Assembly (NCBI GenBank): GCA_036785375.1
Contig: JAWMAR010000001.1
Coordinates: 9,114,001 to 9,178,000, forward strand
Reading direction: 5' to 3'
From: Leucoraja ocellata
Taxonomy: Eukaryota
DNA length: 64,000 nt
Each line of letters starts with the position of its first letter. Positions within the stretch are counted from its first letter, which is position 1. Positions 38,734 to 52,742 of this stretch are shown here, piece after piece. Under the pieces are notes generated by a model that ran no database searches, was not told the DNA's origin, and saw only the letters and a list, made by a program, of their open reading frames with translations. The position numbers were made by a program, and so were the translations under genes.

Positions 38734-40190
38734 ATCAGATTCAGATTCAGATTCAGACTTTATTGTCATTGTGCAGTGTATAGTCCAGAGACAACGGGAT
38801 GTAGTTAGCATCTCCCCAGAAGAGCGAACATAGAATATGAGCAATAAATATATATACGTACATACAGTAGTAGTAGTAGTGCAATTTATCTGGGGGAAGT
38901 AGTGTCCGGGGGGGGGGGGGGGGTGGGGTGGTGACTGGCAATCACCGAGGTGCAGAGTTAAGTAGTGTAACAGCCGCAGGGAAGAAGCTGTTCCTGGACC
39001 TGCTGGTCCGGCAACGGAGAGACCTGTAGCGCCTCCCAGATGGGAGGAGGGTAAACAGACTGTGGCTGGGGTGAGAGCAGTCCTTGACAATGCTGAGCAC
39101 CCTTTGCAGACATCGCTTGCTTTGGACAGACTCAATGGAGGGGAGTGAGGAACCGGTGATGCGATGGGCAGTTTTCACCACCCTCTGCAGTGCTTTCCGG
39201 TCGGAGACAGAGCAGTTGCCATACCATACTGTGATACAGTTGGTAAGGATGCTCTCGATGGTGCAGCGTTAGAAGTTCACCAGAATCTGAGGAGACAGAT
39301 GGACCTTCTTTAGTTTCCTCAGGAAGAAGAGACGCTGGTGAACCAACTTGACCAGAGTTGAGGTATTGTGGGTCCAGGAGAGGTCATCGGAGATGTTGAC
39401 CCTCAGAAACATGAAGCTGGAGACACGCTCCATCTCCGTCCCGCTAATATGGATGGGGGTGTGCGTGCCGCCCCTAGATCTTCTGAAGTCTACAATGAGC
39501 TCCTTGGTCTTCTTGGAGTTAAGGGCCAGGTTGTTGTCAGCGCACCATGCTGCTAGGAGCTGGATCTCCTCCCTATAGGCCGACTCATCGTTGTTGATGA
39601 TGAGGCCATTCACCGTTGTAACATCTGCATATTTGATGATGGTGTTAGTGCCATATACAGGTGTGCAGTCGTAGGTGAAGATGGAGTAGAGGAGGGGGCT
39701 CAGCACACAGCCCGGTGGAACGCCGGTGTTCAGGGTGAGGGTTGAAGAGGTGTGGTTGTTTAACCTAACAGACTGAGGTCTGTTGGTTAAAAAGTCCAAT
39801 ATCCAGTTGCAGAGGGAGGGTCAATGCCCAGTTCGCTGAGATTGGTGATCAGTTTTGAGGGTATAATGGTGTTGAATGTTGAGCTATAATCGATGAACAG
39901 CATTCTTAGGTAGGTGTCTCTGTTGTCGATGTGGGAGAGGGCTGAGTGAAGTGCCATTGAGATGGCATCCTCCGTACTCCTGTTCTTGCGATAAGCGAAC
40001 TGATAGGGGTCCAGTGTAGGAGGTAGGCAGCCTTTGAGGTGTGCCAGGACCAGCCTCTCGAAGCACTTGGTGATGATAGGAGTAAGTGCAACTGGGCAGA
40101 AGTCGTTGAGGCTTGCCGCAGTGGAGTGTTTTGGCACCGGCACGATGGAGGTGGTTTTAAGGCACGTGGGGACAACTGCTTGGGCAAGTG
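38734..40190 (-). mobile_element. Rex1/Babar-type LINE RT fragment with (TCTGAA)n tail
   Basis: ORFs 39787-40239, 39269-39799 and 38942-39181: [37 protein letters not shown]...NSFFP. Confidence 0.88.
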
Positions 40191-40265
40191 ACAGATTTTC
40201 AGAACCCATGGATTTTTGATTTTCAATACATGTCAACACCCAAAATGTGGAGTTCCAGTAGATAT

Positions 40266-40327
40266 CCTGCCACCATCGTTCCTCCTGCCACCATCATTCC
40301 TCCTGCCACCATCGTTCCTCCTGCCAC
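40266..40327. repeat. 18-bp minisatellite (CCTGCCACCATCRTTCCT), about 3.4 copies
   Basis: Visible directly. Confidence 0.9.
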
Positions 40328-40648
40328 TGGGTTCAGATATTTTACATCAATCCAACAAATTGAGTGTTAATATTACTATTTCAAGTCTTGCATTGAAATT
40401 ATAGGCCAGATACATCATTATTCTAACATATAATGAACATTATCAGAAGCTGTAGTATTAATACATCACAAGCCACATTTAAGTGGATTGCATCAACTTA
40501 GTATAAATTAAATCCTCAAATTTTTGATTTGTTAAACTGCTAATTTATATATGACAATGTATAAAATTATATTTTCGTGTTTATTTTTTCTGGAATTAAA
40601 AGTACACAAAGTAGATTTTTCCCACATAAACGGAAAAGAATGTTTTAA

Positions 40649-40891
<243 letters not shown>

Positions 40892-41104
40892 TGATGAACA
40901 GCCAAACCCCTGAGATTCATAATCGGTTTCAACTGCATATAACAGCCTATATACTCTGTCTTGCAATTGTGTATTGTTAACATGTATGCTCCTAGCACAG
41001 CATTGGGACATTTCAAAACAGTTTTGGTCTGAAAAACTGATTTGCAAACAGCAAGGTCCCACAAATAGCATTGTGATTGCAACTGTTTACTTGAAGAATG
41101 AAAA

Positions 41105-42271
41105 GACTTTCAGAAGGCTTTCGACAAGGTCCCACATAAGAGATTAGTATACAAACTTAAAGCACACGGTATTGGGGGTTCAGTATTGATGTGGATAGAG
41201 AACTGGCTGGCAGACAGGAAGCAAAGAGTAGGAGTAAACGGGTCCTTTTCACAATGGCAGGCAGTGACTAGTGGGATACCGCAAGGCTCAGTGCTGGGAC
41301 CCCAGCTATTTACAATATATATTAATGATTTGGACAAGGGAATTGAATGCAACATCTCCAAGTTTGCGGATGACACGAAGCTGGCAGGCAGTGTTAGCTG
41401 TGAGGAGGATGCTATGAGGCTGCAAGGTGACTTGGATAGGCTGGGTGAGTGGGCAAATGTATGGCAGATGCAGTATAATGTGGATGAATGTGAGGTTATC
41501 CACTTTGGTGTCAAAAACAGGAAAGTAGACTATTATCTGAATGGTGGCCGATTAGGAAAAGGGGAGATGCAACGAGACCTGGGTGTCATGGTACACCAGT
41601 CATTGAAAGTAGGCATGCAGTTACAGCAGGCAGTGAAGAAAGTGAATGGTATGTTAGCATTCATAGCAAAAGGATTTGAGTATAGGAGCAGGGAGGTTCC
41701 ACTGCAGTTGTACAGGGTCTTGATGAGACCACACCTGGAGTATTGCGTACAGTTTTGGTCTCCTAATCTGAGGAAATACATTCTTGCCATAGAGGGAGTA
41801 CAGAGAAGGTTCCTGGGATGTCAGGACTTTCATATGAGGAAAGACTGGATAGACTCGGCTTGTACTCACTAGAATTTAGAAGATTGAGGGGGGATTTTAT
41901 AGAAACTTACAAAATTCTTAAGGGGTTGGACAGGTAGATGCAGGAAGATTGTTCCCGATGTTGGGGAAGTCCAGAACAAGGGGTCACAGTTTAAGGATAA
42001 GGGGGAAATCTTTTAGGACCGAGATGAGAAAAACATTTTTCACATAGTGTTGAATCTGTGGAATTCTCTGCCACAGAAGGTAGTTGAGGCCAGTTCATTG
42101 GCTATATTTAAGAGGGAGTTAGATGTGGCCCTTGTGGCTAAAGGGATCAGGGGGTATGGAGAGAAGGCAGGTACAGGATAATGAGTTGGATGATCAGCCA
42201 TGATCATAATGAATGGCGGTGCAGGCTCGAAGGGCCGAATGGCCTACTCCACCTATTTTCTATGTTTCTAT
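41105..42271 (+). mobile_element. 5'-truncated CR1 LINE, same subfamily as 30818-33750
   Basis: Closely similar to 32563-33748; FADD motif; TTTCTATG tail. Confidence 0.93.
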
Positions 42272-42421
42272 CTAAGTCACCAGGGAGAATAGAGTTTTGC
42301 CATGGAATACTTTAGCATTCCCTCATGAAGTCAAAGGGAGGTACAGATTAATATATTTTTAAAGGTCTGAATTGTTAGCCAGGATCATATCTCTTTAGTA
42401 GAACTCAAACCTAAGACATCC

Positions 42422-42704
42422 TTAGTTTAGTTTAGAGATGCAGCCTTGAGACGAACCCTTCTGCCCACCGAGTCCACGAAGACCAACAATCACACACTAG
42501 GGACATTTACTGAATTTACTGAAGCCACTTAACCTACCAACCTGCACTTCTTTGGAACATAGGAGGAAACTGGAGCACCCAGAGAAAACCTACACAGTCA
42601 AAAGAAGAACATATAAACTCTGTACAGACGGCACCCGTGATCAGGATTGAATCCGGGTGCCTGGCGCTGTAAGACAGCGACTACCGCTGTGCCATTGTGA
42701 ACCC
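42422..42704 (-). mobile_element. tRNA-derived V-SINE (HE1-like)
   Basis: (TTTAG)n tail, V-domain (AGGAGGAAACTGGAGCACCC) and a B-box-like GGATTCAATCC on the minus strand. Confidence 0.8.
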
Positions 42705-42849
42705 CTTTTCTTACTCTAGTGATAGGGTAGACGATAAAAAACAGGGTGGAGAGTCCAGAGCACATGTGTTTAAGTTGAGGAGTGCTGCAAATGGAACAAC
42801 ACTTGAATTTGCAATAGTAAGCTCTGATTTTTTTTTTTCTCTCTGTTAA

Positions 42850-42996
<147 letters not shown>

Positions 42997-43838
42997 TAGA
43001 CTGTTTTCCTTTTTGTTCTTACGCTATTGGAAATACATTCCAGTAATATACTTCAGATGATATTTATGGAGGCTTTTCAATGTTTAGACCAGCAAGAATT
43101 TAAGAAATTTCTCATGGTCATTCTAAAGAGTATTCTCAGCAGGGTGCTGTACAAGGTGTGCAGTAAGGAGAAGCGGGCAAGAGGATGTGCAATGAAAGTT
43201 TAGATTTATTATTGTCATGTCTGCCGATGTACAGTGAAAGGCTTCGTTTTGCCTGCTGTCATATCGGGTAACACAATACATAAATACAATCAAGCCAAAT
43301 TGTAAAGCAAAGAGAGATACAGATTGCAGAATTCTTCTCAACAATGTAGTGCGTCAGTTCTATAGACAAAATCCAATGTCTGCAATGGGGAAGAGGTGAA
43401 TCGGATTGTTCCCTGGCATATTGAAACGAACAGTTTAATGAAAATGAGTAACAAGTCTGCAAACTCTTTTTTTGCACGTGTTGGATCTGTGTTTGTTTAC
43501 AAAATGTCACTATAGTGGGTCACAATGCACTTATTGACACTTGATCTCTGTCTCAGTGATAGAGATGACTAGTCGCTAGCTTGATTTTTTTATATAATAA
43601 GGAAGCTTTAACCTAACCAAACACCTAAATATTAAGTGAAAAAAGATACAGTGGTGGAACAATTCAACGGGTCAGGCAATATCTGTGAAGAGCATGGATC
43701 GGGTCGGGACCCATCTTCAGACCTAAATATTAAAGTTGTAATTTTCATTGTGTTTACTGTTACTTAAAGTGGTCACTGTCCAGTTCAATTCAAGCCTTTG
43801 TGCTTTCTCTGAATAATGTCAAGTTGCATCGGTACTGA

Positions 43839-44255
<417 letters not shown>

Positions 44256-44832
44256 TAGATTTCACAATTTTTGAGGTTACCTATCTCAGTTGAAAATCCA
44301 AGGGAACTGAAGGAGATAATTTTCCCCAGTGTCTGTGGCCCTCTTTGAAGGGAGTGTTATCTAATTAGTACCAATTCCCTGCTCTTTTCCTGTCATAGTT
44401 TCCTTATGAAAGATGCAGCAAATAACCCTACTCTTCAGTTCACCATATGTCTTTTGCTAGTAATCTTAAATCTATGTTCCCAGGTTACTGCCCCTTATGA
44501 CAGTGCAAAATGGTTCTCATTTAAAAATCGTTCATTAATTTTGAACTATTAGAACATACAACAGTACAGCCGAAGAACAGGCCTTATGGCCAACACTGGG
44601 CTGAATATGATGCCATCTCTTATCTACCTGCACATCCATATCCCTACGTTCCCTGCATATCCATATGCCTATCCAAAATTCTGTTAAATACCACTATCCT
44701 ATCTGCCTCCACCACCACCTCTGGCAATGTGTCCCAGGCCCTCATCACCATTTGTGTAAAACAAAAACCTAGCACTGCACATCTCCTTTAAAAGTTTGGC
44801 CCTCTCATCTCAAAGCAATGCACCTTCTAGGA

Positions 44833-45841
44833 CAGTAAAGCCTTGTTATTATGGACAATTGGGGGGGGGGGGGAAGGATAATAATATCCATTATTGCCGA
44901 TTATGTGCTATAATTGAGTAAGGTATTATAATTGTATGTAGTTGAAACAAAGAACTGCAGATATGGTTAATACTCAAAAGGGCACAAAGTGCTGGAGTAA
45001 CTCAGCGGGTCAGGCAACATTTCTGCAGACCAGGAATAGGTGATGTCAGTACCCTTCAGACTGCTTCGGCCAGCTGTTACTCCAGCACTTTGTTTCATTT
45101 CACCTTAAAACTAGGCACTAATGCCGCTGGTCCGCACCAGCGAGTCCTCCTTCACTGGTTGACGTAGCTGATTTTGCGGCTCATCTTGCAGGACACAGTT
45201 TCTTCAGGCCGCAGTTACCAACATGATGCGCTCAGGGCTCCCTCTCCTCATCTGTCGCTTTGTCTGCTCCTCTGCCAAGGTGGAGTATGTCAACGACACC
45301 AGGGGAGAAGGAGGCGATGGGGCAGGAAGAGGCTGAGTGGAAAGAACAACGGGCTGACAGAAAGAAGCGGCAACGGGTGGGAGGGGAGGGAGCCCCACAG
45401 TAACGTGCGCGTCCTGTCAATGGCAGCGCCCTGAAGAAAGCGCTGATGGCTAGCGGTTACAACATGAGCTGCAATTGGATCGGCCTCTTCCCCCTCCTCC
45501 ACTGCCGCTTCCTCCTCCTCCCCTCTTTGCTCTGTCCACTCGACCTCTTCCCACCCCCCCCCCCCCCCCCCCAACGCTGCCTCCTCCTCCTGCCATCGCT
45601 CTATCCATTCGGTCTCTTTCCCCCCGCTCCCCCAACCACCTCCACCTCTGCTGCCTTCTGTCATCGATCTGTTCACTCTGCTTCTTACCCCCTCCATAAG
45701 GGCTTGCTGGTGCACGTTGCCAGCTGAGGGTGCTGTCGGAAACTGGGGCTGGGGAATTTGTGGGAGTTGTGGGCATCGGCAGGTGTGTCTGCTGTAACCA
45801 AAAACTGTTATAAAGGGGTCCGTTAAAATAAGGGTTTACTG
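44833..45841. mobile_element. Tigger/pogo-like TIR element related to 17213-18255, with different internal sequence
   Basis: CAGTAAAGCCTTGTTATTATGGAC ... GTCCGTTAAAATAAGGGTTTACTG|TA. It contains a palindromic PLE-end remnant at about 44945-45100. Confidence 0.6.
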
Positions 45842-45888
45842 TATTTGATTTTTCCATCCTCGGAAAAAGGTGCTGTAAAGGGTAAACG

Positions 45889-46102
45889 NNNNNNNNNNNN
45901 NNNNNNNNNNNNNNNNNNNNNNNNNNNNNNNNNNNNNNNNNNNNNNNNNNNNNNNNNNNNNNNNNNNNNNNNNNNNNNNNNNNNNNNNNNNNNNNNNNNN
46001 NNNNNNNNNNNNNNNNNNNNNNNNNNNNNNNNNNNNNNNNNNNNNNNNNNNNNNNNNNNNNNNNNNNNNNNNNNNNNNNNNNNNNNNNNNNNNNNNNNNN
46101 NN
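45889..46102. other. Assembly gap (214 N)
   Basis: Run of N. Confidence 1.
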
Positions 46103-46149
46103 CTGAATTACACGGAAAGATGGCCAATTTGAGCTTCTTAAAAGATTGA

Positions 46150-46193
<44 letters not shown>

Positions 46194-46735
46194 AGCTCAA
46201 ATTGGCCATCTTTCCGTGTAATTCAGTTCCCCCATTGCATTGGATCTCCTTCATATTGTCCCCCAGGCCTAGAGTATTCTCCAAACATGTTGTGTCCAGA
46301 ATTAGATTCTATGTTTCAGCTGGGGCTGATTCATAATTTTATGTTTTCCCATAAGCTACTTTAAAAGCAATATATATAAAGTATATAATTATGTATACTG
46401 TTTCAGGACAGTTTAGCGTGTTAGATGGCATTTTCTGAACTCTGAACTTTCCCTGTTTATTTTATTCTGAACTTTATTTTCTGATCTTAAATTTGAGCCG
46501 TCACCATATGCAACTTGAAACAATATGGTAAAAAATGCACTTAAGTTTCTTCAGACTTTGTGTGAATGACATCAGCATGGTGTTGGATAGTTATCTGGCA
46601 TGGAAACATTTGATTGAATCTTTGCTTGATTATTTACATTGCAATTAAAGTGATGATAACAGCTTTTACAACAATATTGAAAATGACTCTGGACAGATTA
46701 ACAGATGACAATATGGGAACTTTTGATGTTGACAG

Positions 46736-46821
46736 GCCCAAACTGCACTTCTCCATTGAAAACTCAGGAGCCGGACCTTACAGACCTCACAAATAAACTG
46801 CTCCTCCATTACACGCCAAAA
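46736..46821 (+). CDS. NBEAL1: NBEAL1 coding exon (GPNCTSPLKTQEPDLTDLTNKLLLHYTPK)
   Basis: tgacag| and |gtaagt; 86 nt; phase 1 to 0. Confidence 0.92.
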
Positions 46822-47800
46822 GTAAGTGGTTTATGAAGTTTATGATCCTACTCTTGGATCTTAAAAATCTCTCTTTTAAAGATTTTCCTTTTTGTTTTGC
46901 CTATCACCTTTCTCGGTTAAAGATATTAACCTTGTGCAAATTGGGCATCCCCAGGCGATAAGTGATAAAATACTTTGCATGACTGGGGGCATCCCCAGTT
47001 AAAAGGTTTGCAGTGATGTCTGGTCATTAGTAAGGAAGAATTTAATCTTGGTTGACATTCCTATCTTGAGTTCAGAATGTGGCAGTATTGCTACTGCTCT
47101 CCAGCTGAGATAACACATTGACTGGATTATTCGGTTATGGGTGCAAGTCGCCCTTCCTTACCCTAGAAAGAATAGTAGCAAACTTTCTTAAAATGCCACT
47201 CTCCATATTTACAACAAATACATACCCTTTTTAAAGTGCAAAATCCAGGAGGGTAGATGGTCCAACCATAGCTACAAAGATAAATTAAAAGAGACACAAG
47301 AGATTGCAGATGCTACAATCTTGAATAAAAACCCACACTGCTGAAGGAGCTCTTGTGGAGGGAAATGGAGAGATTCAGTTTAGGGTCAGGATCTTTCTTC
47401 AGGAATTAAAAACTATATTAGGTCAAAGGTAAAATATTATAGTGTTGAACAGAAGTTTCTCATCCCTGAGATCTCTGTACCTTTGGCAATCTCTACCCCA
47501 GAGGGCTGTGGAAGCTCAGGCACTAAGTATATTCAAAAGATCAAGAGCTATGGGTAAGTGGGGTGAGGTAGGAGCTTAGCCATGATCTTATTGAATGACA
47601 GATTAAGTACAATGAGCCAAATAGTCTACTGCTACATTTGTTTCATAAAAATACTTGCATAATATAGATGGACAGGAATAATAACAGCAATCTCTGTCCA
47701 GAATAGTGCTGTAGTCTCGAATGGTATAAAACAAATATATTCACTTGTAACTTGGAACAAAATATTTTATTTCCTAGAATTGTAATAGGTCTTATTTTAA

Positions 47801-47938
<138 letters not shown>

Positions 47939-47977
47939 TAATTATTGAGGACTTATCATCAGCATAAGGAGTTTGTA

Positions 47978-48700
47978 TTCATAAATTCATCAGTGATGGG
48001 AGCAGAATTAGGTCATTCGGCCCATCAAGTCTACTCTGCCATTCAATCATGCTGATCTACCCCTCTCAGCCCAATCTCCTGCCTTCTCGTAACACCTGAC
48101 TCCCGTACCAATGAAGAATCTATCAATCTCTGCCTTAAAAATATCCATTGACAGTCTTCTGTGGCAATTAATTCCACAGATTCACCATACCTTGAAATTC
48201 CTTCTCATCCAGTGGCATTTGGTCGGTGGGGGCGCTGCAAGCCGGCAGCCCAGCCAGCAGCGTGTTAGTTTTTTGTGATGAATGCTTTGGTGGATGTTTA
48301 TGTTAAATTTTTATTGTGTTTTTGTGTGTTCTTTTTCATTGTACCGCTGCTGGCAAACTCATTTCACTTGCACTGATTGATTGATTGATCTCCTTCCTAA
48401 AGATACATCCTTTTATTCTGAGGCTCTGGCCTCTGGTCCTAAAATCTTTCCCTAATGGAAACATCCTCTCCACATCCACGGTATCCAGGCCTTTCACTAT
48501 TTGGTAAGTTTCAATGAGGTCGCCCCTCATCCTTCCAATCTCCAGCGAATACAGATCCAGTGCTGTCAAACGCTCATCATATGATAACCCATTCATTCCT
48601 GGGATCATTCTCGTAAACCTCCTCTAGACCCTCTCCAGCGCCAGCACACCGTTCCTCAGATATGGCCCACTAAATGCTCACAATACTCCAAATGGTCTGA
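47978..48700 (-). mobile_element. CR1 3' fragment interrupted by a short insert (about 48211-48388)
   Basis: ORF 48336-48608: GLSYDERL...RMRGDLIETY. Confidence 0.8.
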
Positions 48701-49412
48701 ATAATTGCACATTCCTTAATGGCTTAGTCTTAGTTACTTAGTTCCATTCTTCATCGCATTTAAATTTTGATCCTGGGGATTATAAGTACTCCTTCAGCCA
48801 TATAGTTCATGGAAGAGGTCAATCTATCAGTTATCAGTTTTGTACTTTATTAATACATTAATTGTCTAGGAAGCTGTTCCCTGTGTAGTACGCATGGTGC
48901 TAGGTGTCCTCTAGTGCTATCAATGTCATTTATCAGGCTCTACATTTAACTTGGTTGGGACATCCAATATTTTTGGACAAGTGACCTTATCTTGATGATA
49001 AGACTACGTTCAACTGTGAACAATTCAAACCATTTCATAAATTGAGTCTACCTGTTATAAAATAAATGTTGCCTGTTTACCTAATCATCTAACGTACAAT
49101 TAGTTTGCAAACCAGAGGTATAAAAGAAATATTGAATTGAACACTTGGGGTTTTCTTCATTTGTTTTTCCCCTCCCATAATATCATTCTCTCTATCCAAA
49201 TAGCATTCTCATTATCACTTAGTCTATTAAATGGAAAGCACCAGTGAAACTCAGCAGTGACGGAACTCGATTTAGAACTGTTGGTGTGGGGCAAATGCGA
49301 GGGTCGGCAAAAAAATAATGAAATTTAGATTAAATTGAATTTGTATCACCATACATTTTAAATATTGTTCAATGCATTAATAGCAATTCTTCATGGTTAA
49401 CTTTCTTACCAG

Positions 49413-49590
49413 GATATGATCAATTGCATCGGTGGGCTCAATGTTCTATTCCCATTGCTGGAGCAAATGAGCAATCTTGGCAGTCAGGGGTGTGTGAAAA
49501 ATGATCACGTGGCAACTGATTCAATGACTCCTGAAGCACCGCCCCCTTCTGAAGGTGATTGGGTGGTGGTTCCTTCAACAAGGGCTTCTG
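49413..49590 (+). CDS. NBEAL1: NBEAL1 coding exon (DMINCIGGLNVLFPLLEQ...PSTRAS)
   Basis: ttaccag| and |gtgaga; 178 nt. Confidence 0.95.
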
Positions 49591-49637
49591 GTGAGACTTA
49601 ATGATAATTACTTTAAATTTGTGTTATAATATTAGTA

Positions 49638-50870
49638 CAGGTGCACAACCTTTTATCCGGTGTTCCAGAAACCGAAAAGCTCCGAAAACCGGCCATTTTT
49701 TCCAGATGTCGTCTGCGCACCAAAGCTCGCGTTTGGCGCCAAACCTGACCCAAAACGACCCACGGTCAACCCAGGTCTGTACTACTGTAGTGGCTGCCTC
49801 CTCCCTGGAGACCGGGAGACGCTTAAACATCTGTAAATCATTGCTTAAATGTTAGTCAGTTAGTTTGGAGGGCTTTTATGTGAAGGGGGGTGAAGGGGTA
49901 AACTTTAATTCTTAGTCCCCTACCTGGTCGGAGAGGCGGGGAGCGGTCAATGCCTTACCGGGTCGCCGTGCAGTAAGCTCCGCAGCGCTGTGGCCGGTGG
50001 GGCAGCGGGCGTCGCCGGTTGTAGCTCCGACCCCGGCAACTCTACCCCTGGCTGCGTGGCGCTCCAAATCCAGCGCGGCCCGCGGCCGGACGCCCCAGCT
50101 CCGCAAATGTCGGGAGTCGGCGTCGTCGCAGCGCTGGGATACCAGCGGGGTGCGGGCAATGCCTTACCGGGTCGCCGTGCGGCAAGCTCCGGAGCGCTGT
50201 GGCCGCCGACCCAACGTTCGCGGAGCGTCGCTGGATTTGGAGCCGCGCAGCCAGGGGTAGAGTTGCCGGGGTCGGAGCTCCAACCGGCGCCGCCCGCGGC
50301 CGGACGGAGCCCCCAGCTCCGCGGCTCCAAATCCAGCGACGCTCCGCGAATGTTGGAAGAAGGCGGCCACAGCGCTCCGGAGCTTGCCGCACGGCGACCC
50401 GGTAAGGTATCCCCGCTGGTATCCCAGCGCTGCGACGCCGCCGACTCCCGACATTCTCGGAGCTGGGACGTCCGGCCGCGGGCCGCGCTGGATTTGGAGC
50501 GCCTCGCAGCCAGGGGTAGAGTTGCCGGGGTCGGAGCTACAACCGGCGCCGCCCGTGGCCGGACGGAGCCCCCAGCTCCGCGAGGTTGGGTGTCGCCGAC
50601 CAGGTAGGTAGGGGACTAAGAATTAAAGTTTCCCCCTTCACCCTACACCACCACCACCACCACCACATAAAATCCCTCCAAACTAACTGACTAACATTTA
50701 TGCAATGATTCTCCCGGTCTCCGGGGAGGAGGTAGCTGCTCCAGACTTTTCAAGCCGCCCGCGCTACCTACCTAATCTACGCTAAAAATCTTCCATTCTG
50801 AAATCCGAAAATGTCCGAAATCCGACAAGTGTCTGGTCCCAAGGCTTTCGGATAAAAGGTTGTGCACCTG
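49638..50870. mobile_element. Fold-back non-autonomous TIR element with the same TIR as 19675-21735
   Basis: TA|CAGGTGCACAACCTTTTATCCG ... CGGATAAAAGGTTGTGCACCTG|TA. It has long internal inverted repeats and is very CpG-rich. Confidence 0.9.
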
Positions 50871-51615
50871 TATTGCATTTTATCACGTACTCGGGATAAA
50901 AGTGTTGCTGCTGCCAAATTGTTGTCTGATTTTTCTCATTGTATTTATTTATTTGTATATAATTCCTCTAATCACTCTATTTCCTATTTTACCAGTTGAT
51001 TATATGAAGACCCAAAGAGAAGCAAAAATTACTGTTCCAATTTCTAAAGAAACAATTTTCTTTTGAGTTGGCTTGTATATGTTAATATAGTACCCTCCAT
51101 AATATTTGGGCCAAAGATCCATCATTTATTTATTTGTCTCTGTACTCCACAATTTGAGATTTGTAATATTTGTAGCATTCCTACATAGTCCCCCGCCATT
51201 TCGGGGCACCATAATGTTTGGGACACGGTAATGTCATGTAAATGAAAGTAGTCATGTTTAGTATTTTGTTGCATATCCTTTGCATGCAATGACTGCTTGA
51301 AGTCTGTGATTTATGGACGTCACCAGTTGCTGGGTGTCTTCTCTGGCGATGCTCAGAGGCCAGGCCTGTATTGCAGCCATCTTTAGCTTATGGGGGATAG
51401 TCCCCTTCAGTTTTCTCTACAGCATATAAAAGGCATGCTCAATTGAGTTCAGATAGGGTCATTGACTTGGCCATTCGATAATTGACCATTTTTTAGCTTT
51501 GACAAACTTCTTTGTTGCTTTAGCAGTATGTTTGGGATAATTGTCTTGCTGTAGAATGAACCGCCGGCCTATGAGTTTTGAGGCATTTGTTTGAACGAGC
51601 AGATAGGATGTGTCT

Positions 51616-51930
51616 TTTAGCTTAGAGATACAGCGCGGAAACAGGCCCTTCGGCCCACAGGGTATGCGCCGACTAGCGATCCCTGCACGCTTACACTGTC
51701 CTACACCCACTAGGGACAATTTTAACATTTACCAAGCCAATTAACCTACAAACCTGTACGTCTTTGGAATGTGGGAGGAAATGTGAGATCTCGATGAAAA
51801 CTCACGCAGATCACGGGGAGAACGTACAAACTCTGTGCAGACAGCACCCGTAGTCAGGATCGAACCCGGGTCTCCGGCGCTGCATTCGCTGTAAGGCAGC
51901 AACTCTACTGCTGCGCCACCGTGACCGCCC
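51616..51930 (-). mobile_element. Full-length tRNA-derived V-SINE (HE1-like) inserted in the Tc1 transposase
   Basis: Minus-strand A box (GGTGGCGCAGCAGTAG), B box GGTTCGATCC, V-domain and CR1-like 3' tail. Confidence 0.88.
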
Positions 51931-52710
51931 TATACACTTCAGAATTCATTATGCTACTACCATCAGCAGTTGTATCATCAATGAAGATAAGTAAGCCAGT
52001 ACTATCAGCAGCCATAACCCAGGCCATAACGCCCCCTCCGCCGTGTTTCACAGATGAGGTGGTATGCTTTGGATCTTGGGCAGTTCCTTCTCTCCTCCAT
52101 ACCTTGCTCTTGCCATTACTCTGATATAAGTTAATCTTCGTCTCTTCTGTCCACAAGACCTTTTTCCAGAACTGTGGTTGCTCTTTTAAGTACTTCTTGG
52201 CCAACTGTAAACTGGCCATCCTATTTTTGCGGCTAACCAGTGGTTTGCATCGTGCAGTGTAGCCCCTGTATTTCTGTTCATGAAGTCTTCTGCGGACAGT
52301 AGCCATTGACAAATCCACACCTGACTCCTGAAGCATGTTTCTGATCTGTTGGACAGGTGTTTGTGGATTTTTCTTTATTGTAGAGAGAATTCTGTCATCA
52401 GCTGTGGAGGTCTTCATTGACCTGCCTGTTTCTTTGCGATTAGTAAGCTCACCAGTACTCTCTTTCTTCTTAATGATGTTCCAAACAGTTGATTTTGGTA
52501 AGCCTAAGGTTTAGCTGATATCTCTAACAGTTTTATTCTTGTTTCTCAGTCTCATAATGGCTTCTTTGACTTTCTTTGACAATTTTGATCCTCATGTTGA
52601 TAAACAGCAATCAAAGTTTCCAAAGATGATGGAAAGACTGGAGGAAGGTTTGGTGCTGAGAACTCTCTTATACCTGCATTAAGGAGGCAATTAAACACAC
52701 CTGAGCAATT

Positions 52711-52714
<4 letters not shown>

Positions 52715-52742
<28 letters not shown>

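Noticed and set aside
40266-40327. Short direct repeats as a possible CRISPR array
   Set aside because: They are contiguous 18-bp tandem units with no spacers, in a vertebrate intron with no cas genes.
45450-46132. ORFs spanning the N run
   Set aside because: They are artefacts of the assembly gap.
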